A stretch of 64,000 nt of DNA from Eledone cirrhosa (Eukaryota): assembly GCA_964016885.1 (NCBI GenBank), contig OZ024742.1, positions 118,358,001 through 118,422,000 of the forward strand, written 5' to 3'. The notes under the pieces are model-generated. The model searched no databases. It was not told where the DNA came from and saw only the letters and a list, made by a program, of their open reading frames with translations. Positions 1-13,050 of the stretch are shown here, piece after piece; position 1 is the stretch's first letter, and each line of letters opens with the position of its first letter. A program made the translations under genes and the position numbers.

Positions 1-1904
1 ACCTCTAAGGAATAAGTGGGCAAAGAAGAAAAAGAGCATCTTAAACAAGCGTACTGCTGAAATTATTAAGACTCATCCCTTATTGGTGGAGAGGATTGAC
101 TAAGAATCGCTAAACGTTTAACCCTATCTGAAACAAACACTAAATATTTATAAATAGTATCTCTATTTAACATTAAATGTTTAAGATGTAACGTAGTAAA
201 GTTTTGACTCAGTAGTGCTGGTCGACGAAAATAAAATGTATTGCTTCGTGCTTCCGTTATTTAGAACGTTGAACTTGACAGTCGTGTTATCTATGTAGTG
301 CTTAGTGAATCAACTCAGAATCAGTGATAGGATCAGAACCGTCAACCCTTCTGCTAGCAGGCTGGCGCCCTTTTAAAGAGCTGCGACTTCATTTATACTC
401 GGATACTCTATATATACAGGATATGTGTTTTCATTATCATCATTTGAATATTTACTCATCCACTGAGTCATTGCTTCTCTTCTGCTGAGACTTCTAAAAA
501 TCTCGACATATTTTACTATTTTTCTACAGCCGGCAAGTATGAAATGATGGAGGTTAACCTTAAAGTCGACCCTTGCAATATTTGACCTTGACGTAAAAGA
601 TGAACATGGAAGGAGGAAATTAAATGCTGTGTTGCATTTTTTAGCCGTAGTTCCCCTGTTCTTGTCGCTTTCATTATACTTTCTGTTCCAGAAATATTGT
701 TTTTTAAACAGTCAAGTTCTGTACACGTTTTAAATAATCAACTTAATCAATATCACTTAATTACAATCAGTTATTTTCAATATCCGGGTCACTGGAATAT
801 ATGCCTTCCAATATTTGTTCCGATTCTTTACATTAAGTTCAAATTCCATCGAAGTCAATTTTACTACTCATCCTTTTGAGCTCTATAAATAAGGTACTAA
901 TTCAGGACCTTATTCTGGCACTTTTTCTCACTTTCTATTTGGTTGTCTTTCTCCATGGAAGATATCAGCTATGTTCAGACCTCGAGAGGGATTGGTTGCA
1001 TCATCATGTTTTTAAAATGTCCAAAACACAATGTATGTCATGACTGTGCTCCTGCGACTCTACCGGGGGCTGTGAGCTGAAGGAAAGAAGGAAATTAAAC
1101 GTTCTGTAGTTTCTGCAGTTATTTCTCCTTCTACGAAAAAATATTAATATAAGTAAATATTAATATATGATTATCATGAAGAAATCTTGTTTCTTTTTTT
1201 CTGTTAATAATCAATTACATTCAAGTCTTCCTATTATACACAGCTATTTTTGGCCATTTAGTTTGTACTTAGCTTCCAGCATCAATACAACGTTTTAGAT
1301 TATCAACAGCGTGTTCAAAAACTCAAAGATAATCAAATATACTTACTGTTCGTTCATTAGTGTCACTAATTAAGATCTACAGTGATGAACGTAAAACAGG
1401 TATAGGCTCCGACTCTATCACATGGTTTTGATTTTGATTCTCTGGTAAGTAGCTGTGATATTTTATTGATGCTCAATAAAATACCATAGCTACTTACCCA
1501 GAGAAAGACGGGCATAAACTTCTTTTCATTGTCTTCACGTTAATAAAATGAATTGAGTCAATTGACTGTATCTCTGCAGTTATGTACCTTGCGCCAATGA
1601 AGAAATTATTACTCTTTAAACATCCTGAAATATATAAAATTTATCAAATGTTTGGTCAAATGACATAATAAACATACTAAAATATTTAAGGCTTCCTATA
1701 TTAATAACAGAACTATACGTCCATAAATAGAATTGTTTCGGTGTACTAGAATAATCAGGCATTTCCATATAATATGTTGATGTATCTCATCAACTTAACT
1801 CTTTCAATTAACTGTAGCCTGTCATCCTTTCAATTGTAATAACGATTTTAAATATAAATGTAGACAATAATATGGGCCTATAAAGCCAATCATGCATATA
1901 TCTA

Positions 1905-2160
1905 TGTGTGTGTTTGTGTGGTGCGTGTGTGTGTGCGTGTGTGCGCGTGTGTGTGTGTGCGTGTGTGTGTGTGTGAATGTGTGTGTGTGGGTGTGGGTGT
2001 GGGTGGGTGACTGTGTGTGTATGTATGTGTGTGTGTGTGTGTGTGGGTGTGTGTGTGACTGTGTGTATGTGGGTGTGTATGTGTGTGTGGGCGTGTGGGT
2101 GTGACTGTGTGTGTATGTATGTGTGTATGTATGTGTGTATGTGTGTGTCTGTGTCTGTGT
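1905..2160. repeat. complex (TG)n/(TATG)n microsatellite
   Basis: Direct dinucleotide repeat; explains the VCVC/THTH ORFs. Confidence 0.95.
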
Positions 2161-2654
2161 GGAGTCGAGTGGGATCACCAACTCCAGTATAGGTCGCAAT
2201 AAAATATCATTATGTCATGGGCTACTTGGAGGTAGATAGATAAATCCCACATATAGCACTACTATCCAAGATACATCAAACCTTTCTCAGATATATGGAT
2301 AGGAACAACTAATCCATCATTGCCTAGGTCAAGGAAAAATAATTCATGTAACATTTGTCCTATTCGATAAAAAATATACGGGATTTTGTGGTTACCATAG
2401 AAATCTTTCGTTTTATTTTTTTAACGTTATTGTTTTTTGTTGGGGCTTTTTCTTTTATTCAATAAATCATGTTATAAAATGAAATATACAATAAAATACA
2501 TTTATATTGGTTTTATCTATTATATCCATGCAACAAACTTAATATATTTCTTAAAGCCACAATGATGTTACTCTCTGAAATATGTGTTTATGTATAAGTC
2601 CGTAACTGGAAGTCGCAGGGCTACCATTGTAATAAACAGCGTGTCGTGGGCATT

Positions 2655-2922
2655 TGTTAAACCTGGCAGAGCTCCTCTCCTATCCAGGTCTAAACACATC
2701 TGATTTCTCCCAGAGAAGAAGGCAAAGAATGGGAGAAGAGAAATGAGAAATATATACGGTAGTGAGGAAAAATTGACCTTCAGTACTGAGTTGGTACTTT
2801 TTTCATCGACCTCCAAAAGATGAAAGACAAAGTTGATTCAGGCAGGATTTGAAATGAGAGAGCCAGAACGAATACCATAAAGTATTCTATCTGGCGTTTG
2901 AACGACTCTGTCAATTCGCCGT
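2655..2922. repeat. dispersed repeat joined to a diverged minus-strand SINE remnant
   Basis: ggcagagct(c)c...tccaggt...gatttct...cagagaag followed by SINE-like ttggtacttt...atcgacc...gatgaaag...ggatttgaa. Same arrangement at 14555-14815; partial inverted copy at 53330-53405. Confidence 0.6.
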
Positions 2923-3659
2923 CTAGTTTGGTATATTAGTATCCATTTTTATTTATGTCTATGGCGTATTTTCTTAATCAATTTTCATCATCAATGGCCG
3001 TAGCTCATAATTCTTCTTTTAATACGTTTAGTTATAGAAACGCAGACTACATACTGTTTTGTATGGAACAGTTTTAAACTATTTTTTAAAGTGTAAATAT
3101 CATTTTCAAAATGTAATAATTAATTTGCTTCATAAATTAACCTTCTTGATTAGCCTACAGCTGTTGTATAATCTTCTTTCATCATGCACAGCTATTAAAT
3201 TGGCAATTCAACTATAATTTATGGTTTTTGTGGAAATATATACTGTATTCTTAGAATTTATTTTCTACTTACCAGTGAATTCAGTTTCTATAGATTTCTT
3301 TAATTGCAAAAATGCCACAAAAAATATTGCAAAGCAATTTTCTTATATATTTAATGTGTATACTTGTGCAGTATATAACTATTCTCATAAATAATTATAA
3401 TTCGTCATTATTGTGTCACAAAATACAGAGAAATATACTATCCGAAGCCGACACTCAACACCATGTCTGTGTGTGCTTTTGTGTGTTGGTCATATTGACT
3501 CAATTACTACTTTAAAGGCTGGTACATATTTCATCAATCTCTATTTGTCGAACAACTATGTTACAGCACTGGTTTAAGAAGTCAATAAATAAACACAGAC
3601 CGAGCCCAAAACCACGTTGTTGCGGATCGAACTTCTTAATTACATAGCACCATTGCGTC

Positions 3660-3699
3660 AGTGTGGGTGTGCGCACGTATGTGTGCATGTGCATGTTTG

Positions 3700-3731
<32 letters not shown>

Positions 3732-3736
3732 CGTGC

Positions 3737-3787
<51 letters not shown>

Positions 3788-3792
3788 CGTGC

Positions 3793-3845
<53 letters not shown>
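3660..3845. repeat. (TG)n microsatellite
   Basis: Direct repeat. Confidence 0.95.
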
Positions 3846-3849
3846 TATG

Positions 3850-4064
3850 ACCGAATATACACATGCTTTTTTCTCAAAAACTCTTTTCCGTTACTTCCTC
3901 TTCCCCTTCTCTATCTTTCTATTTCGTCTCTTATTTCTCATTCTATTTTCTGATGAAGGACAAGTATTCGAAGCGTAAAGACTCGTTTCCCTCCTATATC
4001 AAGCGTTAAACTAATATATTTCTTCGTTGTAATGTACTGTTTTCTTTGTTGTTGTTTACTTTTT

Positions 4065-4065
<1 letters not shown>
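3850..4065 (+). repeat. PLE terminal-repeat (pLTR)-like fragment with degenerate hammerhead at 3946-3981
   Basis: TTTT-CTGATGA-A-GGAC..-GAAG-CG-TA-AAGA. Homologous to the reverse complement of 51125-51320 and 62420-62625. Confidence 0.65.
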
Positions 4066-4108
<43 letters not shown>

Positions 4109-4119
4109 CGATTAAAAGC

Positions 4120-4462
4120 ACATGGGTAATCACCCAGAAACAATAGTGTCAGCAGATCTGTTAACATGCCAACTCAAGAGCAAGAATGGAGCGTTCATTC
4201 TACTGACATGGCCTAAAAGAGGCTGTTTGCATAATTGCAGACGATTTGGATTGGCAGTATCGGTAAAGGATCGGACGCGATGCTTTGGCGCATAGAGTTA
4301 CGGCCCTTGCCATTCTGAGTTCAAATCCTGCCGAGGTTAACTTTGTCTTTCACCTTTACGGGGTCGATAAAATAAAGTACCAGTAATGCACTGGGTAATT
4401 GCTGGCCTTGTGCCAAAAGTAGAAACAATTATTATTAATATTCGAACAACTCAGATTACATT
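4120..4462 (+). repeat. truncated copy of the octamer/hammerhead repeat family, interrupted by a SINE
   Basis: gggtaatcacccagaaacaatagtgtc...ttcattctactgacatggc...ctcagattacattt matches 49060-49397. Confidence 0.8.
4251..4437 (+). mobile_element. tRNA-derived SINE, full length
   Basis: A-box-like TGGCAGTATCGG, B-box-like GAGTTCAAATCC, core ..ttacggggtcgataaaataaagtaccag, (ATT)n tail; about 12 copies in the window. Confidence 0.9.
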
Positions 4463-4487
4463 TATATATAAATATATGCATATATAG

Positions 4488-4527
<40 letters not shown>

Positions 4528-4657
4528 ATACTTGCTAAACAAATTCAGAAACGATATATATATATATATATATATATATAACGAAGGAAATGTGGTAAGG
4601 AACCAGGTGGACCATAACGCACCAAAGTACTCAATACTTAGGGTAGTAGAGTGGGTA

Positions 4658-4776
4658 ATAGGAACAAGTAAGACCCCGACGGCTGAGCTCAAGCCGTTTC
4701 GACGGCTAATTCTGGACTGAAGAATTAGCCGTCGAAACGGCTTGAGCTCAGCCGTCGGGGTCTTACTTGTTCCTAT
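4658..4776. repeat. perfect 56-bp inverted repeat containing a hammerhead-like core
   Basis: Arms 4658-4713 and 4721-4776, spacer GGACTGA. CTGAAGA (4717) ... GAAA-CGGCT..AGCCG-TC. Confidence 0.9.
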
Positions 4777-4793
4777 ATATATATATATATAAA

Positions 4794-4874
<81 letters not shown>

Positions 4875-5694
4875 TTTCGCATCGACCCTCCCTTCTCTCT
4901 TCCCTTCTCCTCCTCACTCTCGTTTTTTTTTCTCTCCCTCTCTCTATCCATCCGTTCGGTTTTGATTGTTGACATGTTTACACGTGCCGTGGTGACATCT
5001 CTGTCCGCAATCTTTGCGGCACGTTTTTACCACCGTCGTAAAAAAAACCTTCTGGATTATCTCCCTTTCCCTTCTCCTCCTCACTTTTGGTTGCCCGTGT
5101 CTCTCTCTCACTTTCTCCTGTCTATGTGAGAGGCAGGACGATCAATCCAGCTCTGAGTCGTAGCTGACCCCCAGGCTAAAGTCTCCAAGGTTGGCCACAA
5201 CTTACTTTCCCTATTTTTCCACGGTTACTCTTTTGCCTGTTTCTTTCCCCTGTGTCTTCCCACGATGGGATCTGTACCCTTTTTTTTCTTCTATTCCTTT
5301 CCTATTTATCCCCTTTTTCCTCTCTCCTCATCCCCCCCCCCCTGTTCTTCCTCCTTTACCTCTCTTACCTTTTCTCTCTCCTTTTTTATCTCTCTTTCTC
5401 TCTCCTTTTCCACCTGGCCTTTTGATTAATAAAAGGCCTCGGGCGCACCCGAACTACACCGATGTCCTGTAATTCAGCGCCGAAACATCGGTTCATGATA
5501 CATTTACAGCTGACTATGGAAACTCCTTTCTTCCTTTCTCCTCCTGTTCCGTCCTAACCACCATCCTAAACCTTGTTTTTAGTAACCACACAGCTCCTTT
5601 CGTTTCATAACTTTTTGTATATATATATATATGTATGTATGTGCGCGGGGATATAGAAATAGTCGGGTTGGACACCCGATCGCGCGGTTAAATC

Positions 5695-5965
5695 ACTGGG
5701 AGTGAAGGACTCCTAGCCTTTGTCAGGGCATTCTTCTAGGAGAAGGCAACTCAGGAAACTGGGATAACTCCGATATAAAACCTGCGGCTCAGTAGTTACC
5801 GATGATGTTGATCTTTTCTTCTTTTCGGGTTATAGCTACTGTCGCTCAGAGAGTGGGATTGGCTCAGTGCACAGTCTTTCCTCACTTTTAAAAAAAATCT
5901 TCACAAACAGGCATTGCACGATAGAATTAATTAATAATTATTAATAATGGTATATCGTGCAATGA
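5695..5965 (+). repeat. dispersed repeat carrying an RTE-5'UTR-like motif
   Basis: Homologous to the reverse complement of 33995-34210; ctaggagaaggcaactc resembles RTE 18061-18080. Confidence 0.65.
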
Positions 5966-7206
5966 CCATACTCGATAACTAGGGAGCAGCCATCGCGTAT
6001 GTATGTATGTACGTATATATATAAAGAGAGAGAGTATTATACAATATATATTTACTTCTCTGAATGTGATTCTTTTAACGATCTCTTTTCATTGAGATGT
6101 TATGTATATTCATAGCAAATTTAATTATGTATGATAATAAATACTGCCCCTAAAAATGGCGAGATGATTGACAGCCCATATTGACTGCTATTTCTAATGG
6201 CATTTTAGAAATATAATTCAGGAACTCTTTCACCACAAAAATTAATAATGGTCGAATTAATAAATTGTTAGCCTATCAGATCAGGAGTCATGGATTAATA
6301 AACTATCACTGAATCTTCATTGTCTCTATAGCAATGAGGCTTACGAGCCATCTCCGTCTACTAATTTGTTAATAGTTGTGCAGCAGGTGTACTAACAATT
6401 TGATTCGTTTTTCCTTAGCTTGCATTTTAAGATTTAATTTAAAGCGGATGGAGAAGTAACAGAAGTAATCTTTCTTTAAAATTAGGTGACCAAGAATCAA
6501 TTTCGATTTAATGCGGTATTTATATTATGTTTTCAGTGGTAGTAGTGTGCAATGTGTTTCTGTAAAGATTAGTGTTTAAGGTTACATAAAACTAATAAAT
6601 ATATCTTGTCAGCCCTAAGGCCCCTGAATGAAAGCTTTTATACCTATGTATCAAAGCCATTAACTATTTTGACAACTAGTTTAATATTTATACATGTGTC
6701 TATTTTCAAATACTAATACTTTTAATTAAGCTTGGTTTTCTAAATGTTGTTTATGCTATGTGAGAAAGAATCAAATGTACTGAAATGTTATTTGGCGCAC
6801 GTGTTAGCTAATTGCCCAAACATACCTGATAAAGTAGATGAACATTAAACACTCAACGTTGAATTCGGTAAACAGTGTGACAGGCATATGTGCATGCTAA
6901 TATAGAAAGAAAGAATATAATTTCCCATGCTAAATGTGACCATACACGTGACAGATTTTGCTATCAGATAGGGAATTCTCTGCCTGCTGTATTAAAAGAA
7001 TAACAAAACATTATGCAGCTTATAAGAGTTTCTTTTTTTTAAACGATTGATTTATGTATTTATTGATAAAAATCGCACCATTAACTATTTGATAAAGACA
7101 ATTAATGTTCACTGCAGATAACCATTCGCCCTAGAGACTGTGGCTGTCATGTTTAGTCATGCTTTACATAATCACAGCTTTTTCTTTTTTAATCATTTAT
7201 AATCAT

Positions 7207-7237
<31 letters not shown>

Positions 7238-7509
7238 GCTTTCTTTATTAACCACAAGGGTTTACACAAAGTAAGACATTAAGGACAATAAAGGACAATA
7301 CAGGACAATAAACGACAATACAGGACAATACAGGACGGTACAAATGGGCATTTTTGCGTGTAAAAAAAAAAACAGAGGGTGTAACAAAAAGAAACAATGA
7401 AAAATTCCTCAATAGGGGGGAGACTTCCGAGGGTCATCGTGGAGAAAGCCCATTAAAAAATCCACGGTTACCCTGACCACCAGGGCAAGTGCCCTCTCCC
7501 AGTTTTCCA

Positions 7510-10500
7510 CGTTCAATTTACAGGCACATACTCGGGCCATTCTTGCCTCTCTCACCCTTCTTTCAACAAAATGCTGGGAAGAGAGCACTTCCCTCTCTAC
7601 CCTGATTTTCCTTTTCAAATGAAATTTAAAAAAGTTAATCAGGGCATCACCGAAGAGGTAAATGCTCGTCTTCAGCCCTTTCAAACGCGTGCACCATACT
7701 ATCTCTTTCGCCATGGCCACCAGACAGATAAAAACTGCCTGCCCTTCCCTGTTAAAGGAAGAGGGTGGGGCAACCTCACGATGGACTCAGCTGATAGCCG
7801 AATCCGTCCTACACGAGACAGTAGGTGTTCGACATAAACCCACAGGTCAGAAATGCTCGGACACTGGACGAGTGCGTGCAGGACGGTTTCGTCGCCCTGC
7901 GTGCATCTCGGACATTCCCGGCTGACGGCACTTCCTTGCCTGTAGAGTTTATCCCGGACTGGGAAAGATCCTCGGTAACACTGCCAGGCCAGGGATTTCT
8001 GGAAGTTGTCCATAGGTGCCGGCCCGAAAGTTCTTCCGAAGAGATAGGATAGTTGATTTTCGTCGACGCCGAGAGTTTCCCCAAGTAAGTCGTCGCTCTT
8101 CTCCTCCACTAATCCTCTATAGAACGCCAAGGTGGAGTTTCCACCGATCACATTGCCCGACTGGTCGAGGGCTGGGAGCGCCTGAAGACATTCCAGTCCC
8201 CAAGCGCTCCCTCTCGGTCTTCGCTTGACCCAGGACTGCAGCTCCGTCAAGGAGACGAGCTGGGGTAAGACACGTCTAGCAAACGGCGACCACACCTGAT
8301 CACCGTCGAGAAAGAGGTGGAGATGTCGTAGCCTGAGCGCGTGTCTGCGCATCATCAGCCACGGCATGCCCAGCCCTCCACGTAGCGGGTGTTGACAGCA
8401 GATGGACCGCCTGACCCTCGGAGCGCGTCCCTTCCACAAAAAGCGAAAGAGCAAACGTTCCAGCGCAGTCAGGCGAGGGTTAGGACAAGGTACGACGGTC
8501 AGGCGGTAGTAGATGACGGACGCGATGTACGCGTTAGCCACCTCCGCTCGACCTTTCAGGGATAGCATCCTCTCGGCCCATTTCTGGGTGAGAGAAGCCA
8601 CCCTGCTCGTCACCTCGTCCCAGTTTTTGTCCGTCTGGAGGTCCGGACCGAAACAGACCCCTAGCAATTTAACCGGTCCGTCCAGCGCCCGACGACGCTG
8701 TTGGACGGCATGGACCTGCCTCTCCAGGTGCCGAGCTGCAGACCCACCGACTTTTCCTGGCTGATCATTGCTCCTGTCACCGCCTCGTATTCTCTTAGTG
8801 TAGTGCCGATCGCCTCGATGTGTTTGGCGTTCGACACCACTACGGAGACATCATCTGCATATGCTGACACGGATCTTCCGCATCCTAGTTCGCGCGGGAA
8901 CCCCCTCAACGTCTCCAGTTTGTGCAGTAATGGCTCGAGAGTCAATACGTACAACAGGGACGAGAGGAGACATCCTTGGTGGGCCGAGCGCATGATGTTG
9001 AACGGTTCCGAAAGGTGACCGTTCACTCTCACCACAAAACAGATGTCGCTGTGCATGGCAGCGATCCAGCCTCTGAAGACGGGCCCAAAGCCAGCTGCCC
9101 TAAGGATTGTCGCCAGAAAACGATGGTCGACCCTATCGAAAGCTTTCGACTGATCTAAATTGATCAAGGACCCACCCGTTCCAGGTTCCCTAGCTACCCT
9201 CTCCACGATGGAGTGGGGGTTGTTGTGGATGGATCTGTCGCGAATGGCGCATGTCTGCTCTTCTCCTACCGGACCACCAACGACAAGCGCCAACCTCTTT
9301 ACTAGCACCTTGGCCAAAATCTTGAACTCTGTGTTTAGCAGAGTTATGGGCCTGAAATTATCTATGTTATCCCCCTTGTTCGAATCTTTTCCCAGCAGTT
9401 CCACCGCTCCTCGGCTCACAGAGCTAGGAATTCTCCCGTTCTGTTGCAAGTTGCAGTAGACGTCCGCCTAGAGGCCTCCGAACAAGTCTGGCATGTGTAC
9501 GTAAAGTTCGTAGAGCAGACTATCCAAACCAGGCGATTTACCCCTTGTGCAGCCAGTCATTGCCTCCCGTACTTCCGCGGCTGTTATCGTCTTTTCGCAA
9601 CACTCCGCCTCAGTAGGCGAGAGCCGCGGCAGTCCGTCGAGGTAGGCACTAAAGTCCATCCCTCGATCCGGCCCGCCGCTGCCCCCGAACAGCTGAGCGA
9701 AGTGTCGCTGAAAAACTTCACACATTTGCCCGGGATCGAGTAGCATGCACCCGTCGTGGTCCACCAAAGACCGAATCGAGGCTTTGTTGCCACGACGCGC
9801 CTCCGCCACTCGGGCCCATTGAACGGCTTTCGTCCCCTCGTGTCTGAGAGCACGCACCCTAGCTCTGACAACGCAGTCTTCGTGCCTTGCATTGAAAAAT
9901 TGGTCAAGGGCCAATTTCGCCACAAGTACGTCAGTCGCGATGCCTTTACTAAGAGCCTCGTCTAATTTTCTAACTTGTTCTCCCTCTGCTATATTTTTAT
10001 CTATTGCTAAAGCTTTACTAAACCTAATGGACTCTATTCTAATGGCTCTTTTCAGAGCAAACCACCATTTTTTGTTGACGATGGCCCCCGTCAACGCCCG
10101 CTTAACTAGTTCGCTAATCCGGTCTCTGTAGGCTTTGTGCGCTGTTAACGACGCGGTTAGCTTCCAGTAGCCGGGTCCCTGTCTATGAAGCCTATCTAAG
10201 TCAACCTTACAGATCACGAATTTGTGGTCCGTGTAGTCGACTATTTTGAAATGTGGACATTGGCACATTCGGGAAATCCCGACGGTACCTGTCAGACAGT
10301 TGAAACCGTCTGAGCAAGTTGGTGAGGCTCTTGCACCCACCTCCTCTATCTGCTAATCCCACACAGTCCCAGCGTGAATCTAAGATCCCGTTCCAGTCGC
10401 CTACTAACACTAAAGAGCGGGACGTTCCAAGAAAGGTCTCCAGACGCCCGAAGAAATCAGGCCGCCCTGCTCCTGTCGCGGCATAGACGGCCACTAGCCT

Positions 10501-10817
10501 GAAAGCTTGCCCGTCTCCGCTGGTCACGTCCAGCAACACAAACTTACTTTCAGGGTCCAGGAAGATGGCCCGTATGGCGAGATCCAAGCCTCTCCGAAAA
10601 AGCACAGCAACTCCTCCCCCGATCTTGGACGGCTGGGAGATGCGTATACATCGTAGCCGCCGAAGATCGGTGCGAATGCTCGTGCTTCGGAGATTCTGGT
10701 CTCGCTGATTACCACCACATCTATGTTTAGTGACCTGAGGTCATTTAGCAGATGGCCCTACTTCCATGACGACCCCAGGCCACGCGCATTTATGCTGGCT
10801 ATTCTGAATGAGGTCAT
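7510..10817 (-). pseudogene. Tx1 ORF2: AP endonuclease, reverse transcriptase and C-terminal zinc knuckle, multiply frameshifted
   Basis: MTSFRIASINARGL, ISETR, LVGDWN, TDHK, GPGYWKL, KSPGLD, NFRPITLLN, LDQSKAFDRVDH, QGC, AYADD, GGLGMP, CPRC..ETVLHALVQC. Confidence 0.92.
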
Positions 10818-10852
10818 GTTGAAAAGGAGTGGAAAAAGATGGGAAAGACCAC

Positions 10853-12378
10853 TTACCTCACTTCTCGTGGAGGAAGGATGGTTTTTCCGTCCTTCTCACT
10901 GCTTGTGGCCTCCTCCGGAAGGATGTCTTTATAAATACTCCTGGAGAGTATTTGTCTCCGATGACCTTGGGGAATTTTAATTTTAGTGTCGTGTACGTTT
11001 TCTGTGATGCGAGTGATTAGTATGTGTGGAGGTGGTGTGAATTTTGGGGATGTTGTGTAGTCTTTTTCTGTGATTCTGGTGTTGTGTTGGATGTAGTGTA
11101 ATAATTGGTTGTTATTCAAATTTAATGCTGTGTAGTGTGTATCGTTTTGGTTGCTTTGTTTTGTTGGCGTTTGTTGTGGGTTTGTTTCTGTTCCGCTTTT
11201 TGGTGACTTTTGTGGTGTTGGTGGTGTTGGGGTTAATGATGGTGATGGTGTTGGTGTTTGTGGTGATGGGGCTGGTGATGCTGGTGTGGGTGGTGGCATA
11301 GCTGTCTTAACGTTTTTGTTAGTTTGTTTGTTTCAGCCTGCATTTTGTTTTTGGAGGGCGAAGGAAGAGGATGTTTTCTTTTTTGGGGTTCTTTTTTTTC
11401 TTTTTCTTTTTTCCAGGTACAGTTTCCCACTCCTCCTCGTCGTCACAGTCTGTCTCCAGTTGTAACAGGTCGGGGAGTGGAAAATCCTCCACGGGTGTTG
11501 GTTTTGGTTGTGGCGTGGTGGATGGTGGAGGCGCTGGTGCTAATTCTGGCGCGGTGGGTGGTGGTGATGTTGGTTTTGCTACTGTTGCTGCTACAGTTGT
11601 TGCTGCTACAGTTGCTTCTGTTGTTGCTGCCATTTCTGCTGCTGGTTTCGATGGTTGAGTCACTGGGATGGGTAGGAGAGGTGGCCTCAACGTTTTAGCC
11701 TGAGGGCAGAAAGCCTTTAGGTGGGTTCCTTCGCCACAAACGACACACCTAGGCCTTCTACCCTCAACGATTACGGTGAGGTGGCTGCCATCATTGAGGT
11801 CTATCACCTCTGGAATTTCTTGTGTGTTTTTTTGGTCCGCTTGGATCAGGAGCTCCATCTCAGATCCGGACCAGTTCTCCTGCTTTAATTTTATCACCTC
11901 AATTATTTTAGTGCTGGCCTCGATGTCGGCGAGCACGGCAGCCATTAGCCAGGGAATTTCGATGGCCGGCGGAACCTGGGTCAACCTGAACCTCACGAGC
12001 CTCTGACCACAATAGCTTGGGACGAGTGTGAACTCATCACTTTTTAATGGGGCCATGGGGGTGCTCTCTGGCTTCCTGTGGGGTTCCAAAGAACAGGTCA
12101 ACGGTTCCATATTTCTGCCCACGTCTGATGTGGGTTTTTTGCGCCCACACATGTCCCAAAGCTTTTTGTATCTGGGACTCGGATGCCCATTCCACTCGGC
12201 GTGATTTTGTATTTATCGTCCGATATGATACGGTGCATAGGCGCCGATGCTCCATTTTATTAGATGGGGGGGGGCTGACCCTGTACCCATCTTTTTTTAC
12301 CATTCGTTTGGCTTCATTCAAGTCATCCTGGCTTACCTCGACTGTCTCGTTTTTCTGGGCCGCTTTAGCAAACGACAC
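10853..12378 (-). pseudogene. Tx1 ORF1 (gag-like, CCHC knuckle), frameshifted
   Basis: MSFAKAA start-like motif, RRGQKYGTVDLFF (similar to 43327-43731), CVVCGEGTHLKAFC = CX2CX4HX4C, Pro/Thr-rich tail. Confidence 0.8.
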
Positions 12379-13050
12379 ATTTTGTTTTGCGCTGGTGTTG
12401 ATGTTGTTGTTGTTATTCTTATTGTTGTTGTTGTTGCTGTTATTGTTATTGTTATTTTTGTTATTATTATTTTTAGTTTCAGTTGTGGTGGTGGTGGTGG
12501 TGGTGGTGTCAATCGTGTTGGCGTGGAAGAGTCGATTCTGGGTGAATCCATTTCGATGTCACGAGATAATAATTTATTTTTTTGTTTCTGTTGTCGCTGT
12601 GGTGGTGGTGGTATCAGTAGTGTTGGTTGTTCTTTTTGACATTGAGGTGGTGGGGTTGGCGGCTTTAACACCTGCAGTTATTGATAATACTGGAAATCCA
12701 CCTTTGCATGTAACAAATTTAAATAATTGCCATTGCTATTGCTTATATTTTCAGTGTTGGCAGACGTAACAAGGTTTACAATGGTGGTGCTGGGTGATGA
12801 TAGGCTGTCAGCTTTGGGTAGCTGAGAGCCCTCCATGTATTTTTTCAAAGAAAATTTTATTTGATAAATATAAAAGTTTAAATTTTGGGCTCAAGGCCCC
12901 AATATTATTGAGTGTCCTTTTCAGAAAGCAATGTATATGAACTTATAAATACTTAACAACAAAAATTATCCATAACTGGCAATTTGAAACAACTGAAAAC
13001 AACAAACCTTTGTGGAGCTCACGATAATACAATTTCCTACGTAGGTCGCC

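Larger units (their letters stand above)
7238..13050 (-). mobile_element. full-length, frameshifted Tx1/L1-clade LINE
   Basis: ORF1 and ORF2 fragments are co-linear; AATAAA at the 3' end; (TAA)n on both flanks (7216-7237, 13051-13078). Confidence 0.92.

Noticed and set aside
5450-5495. ccgatg..ccGAAAcaTCggttc
   Set aside because: No CUGANGA core; too decayed to call.
12047-12769. 240-aa plus-strand ORF
   Set aside because: Antisense to Tx1 ORF1 and low complexity; no domain.
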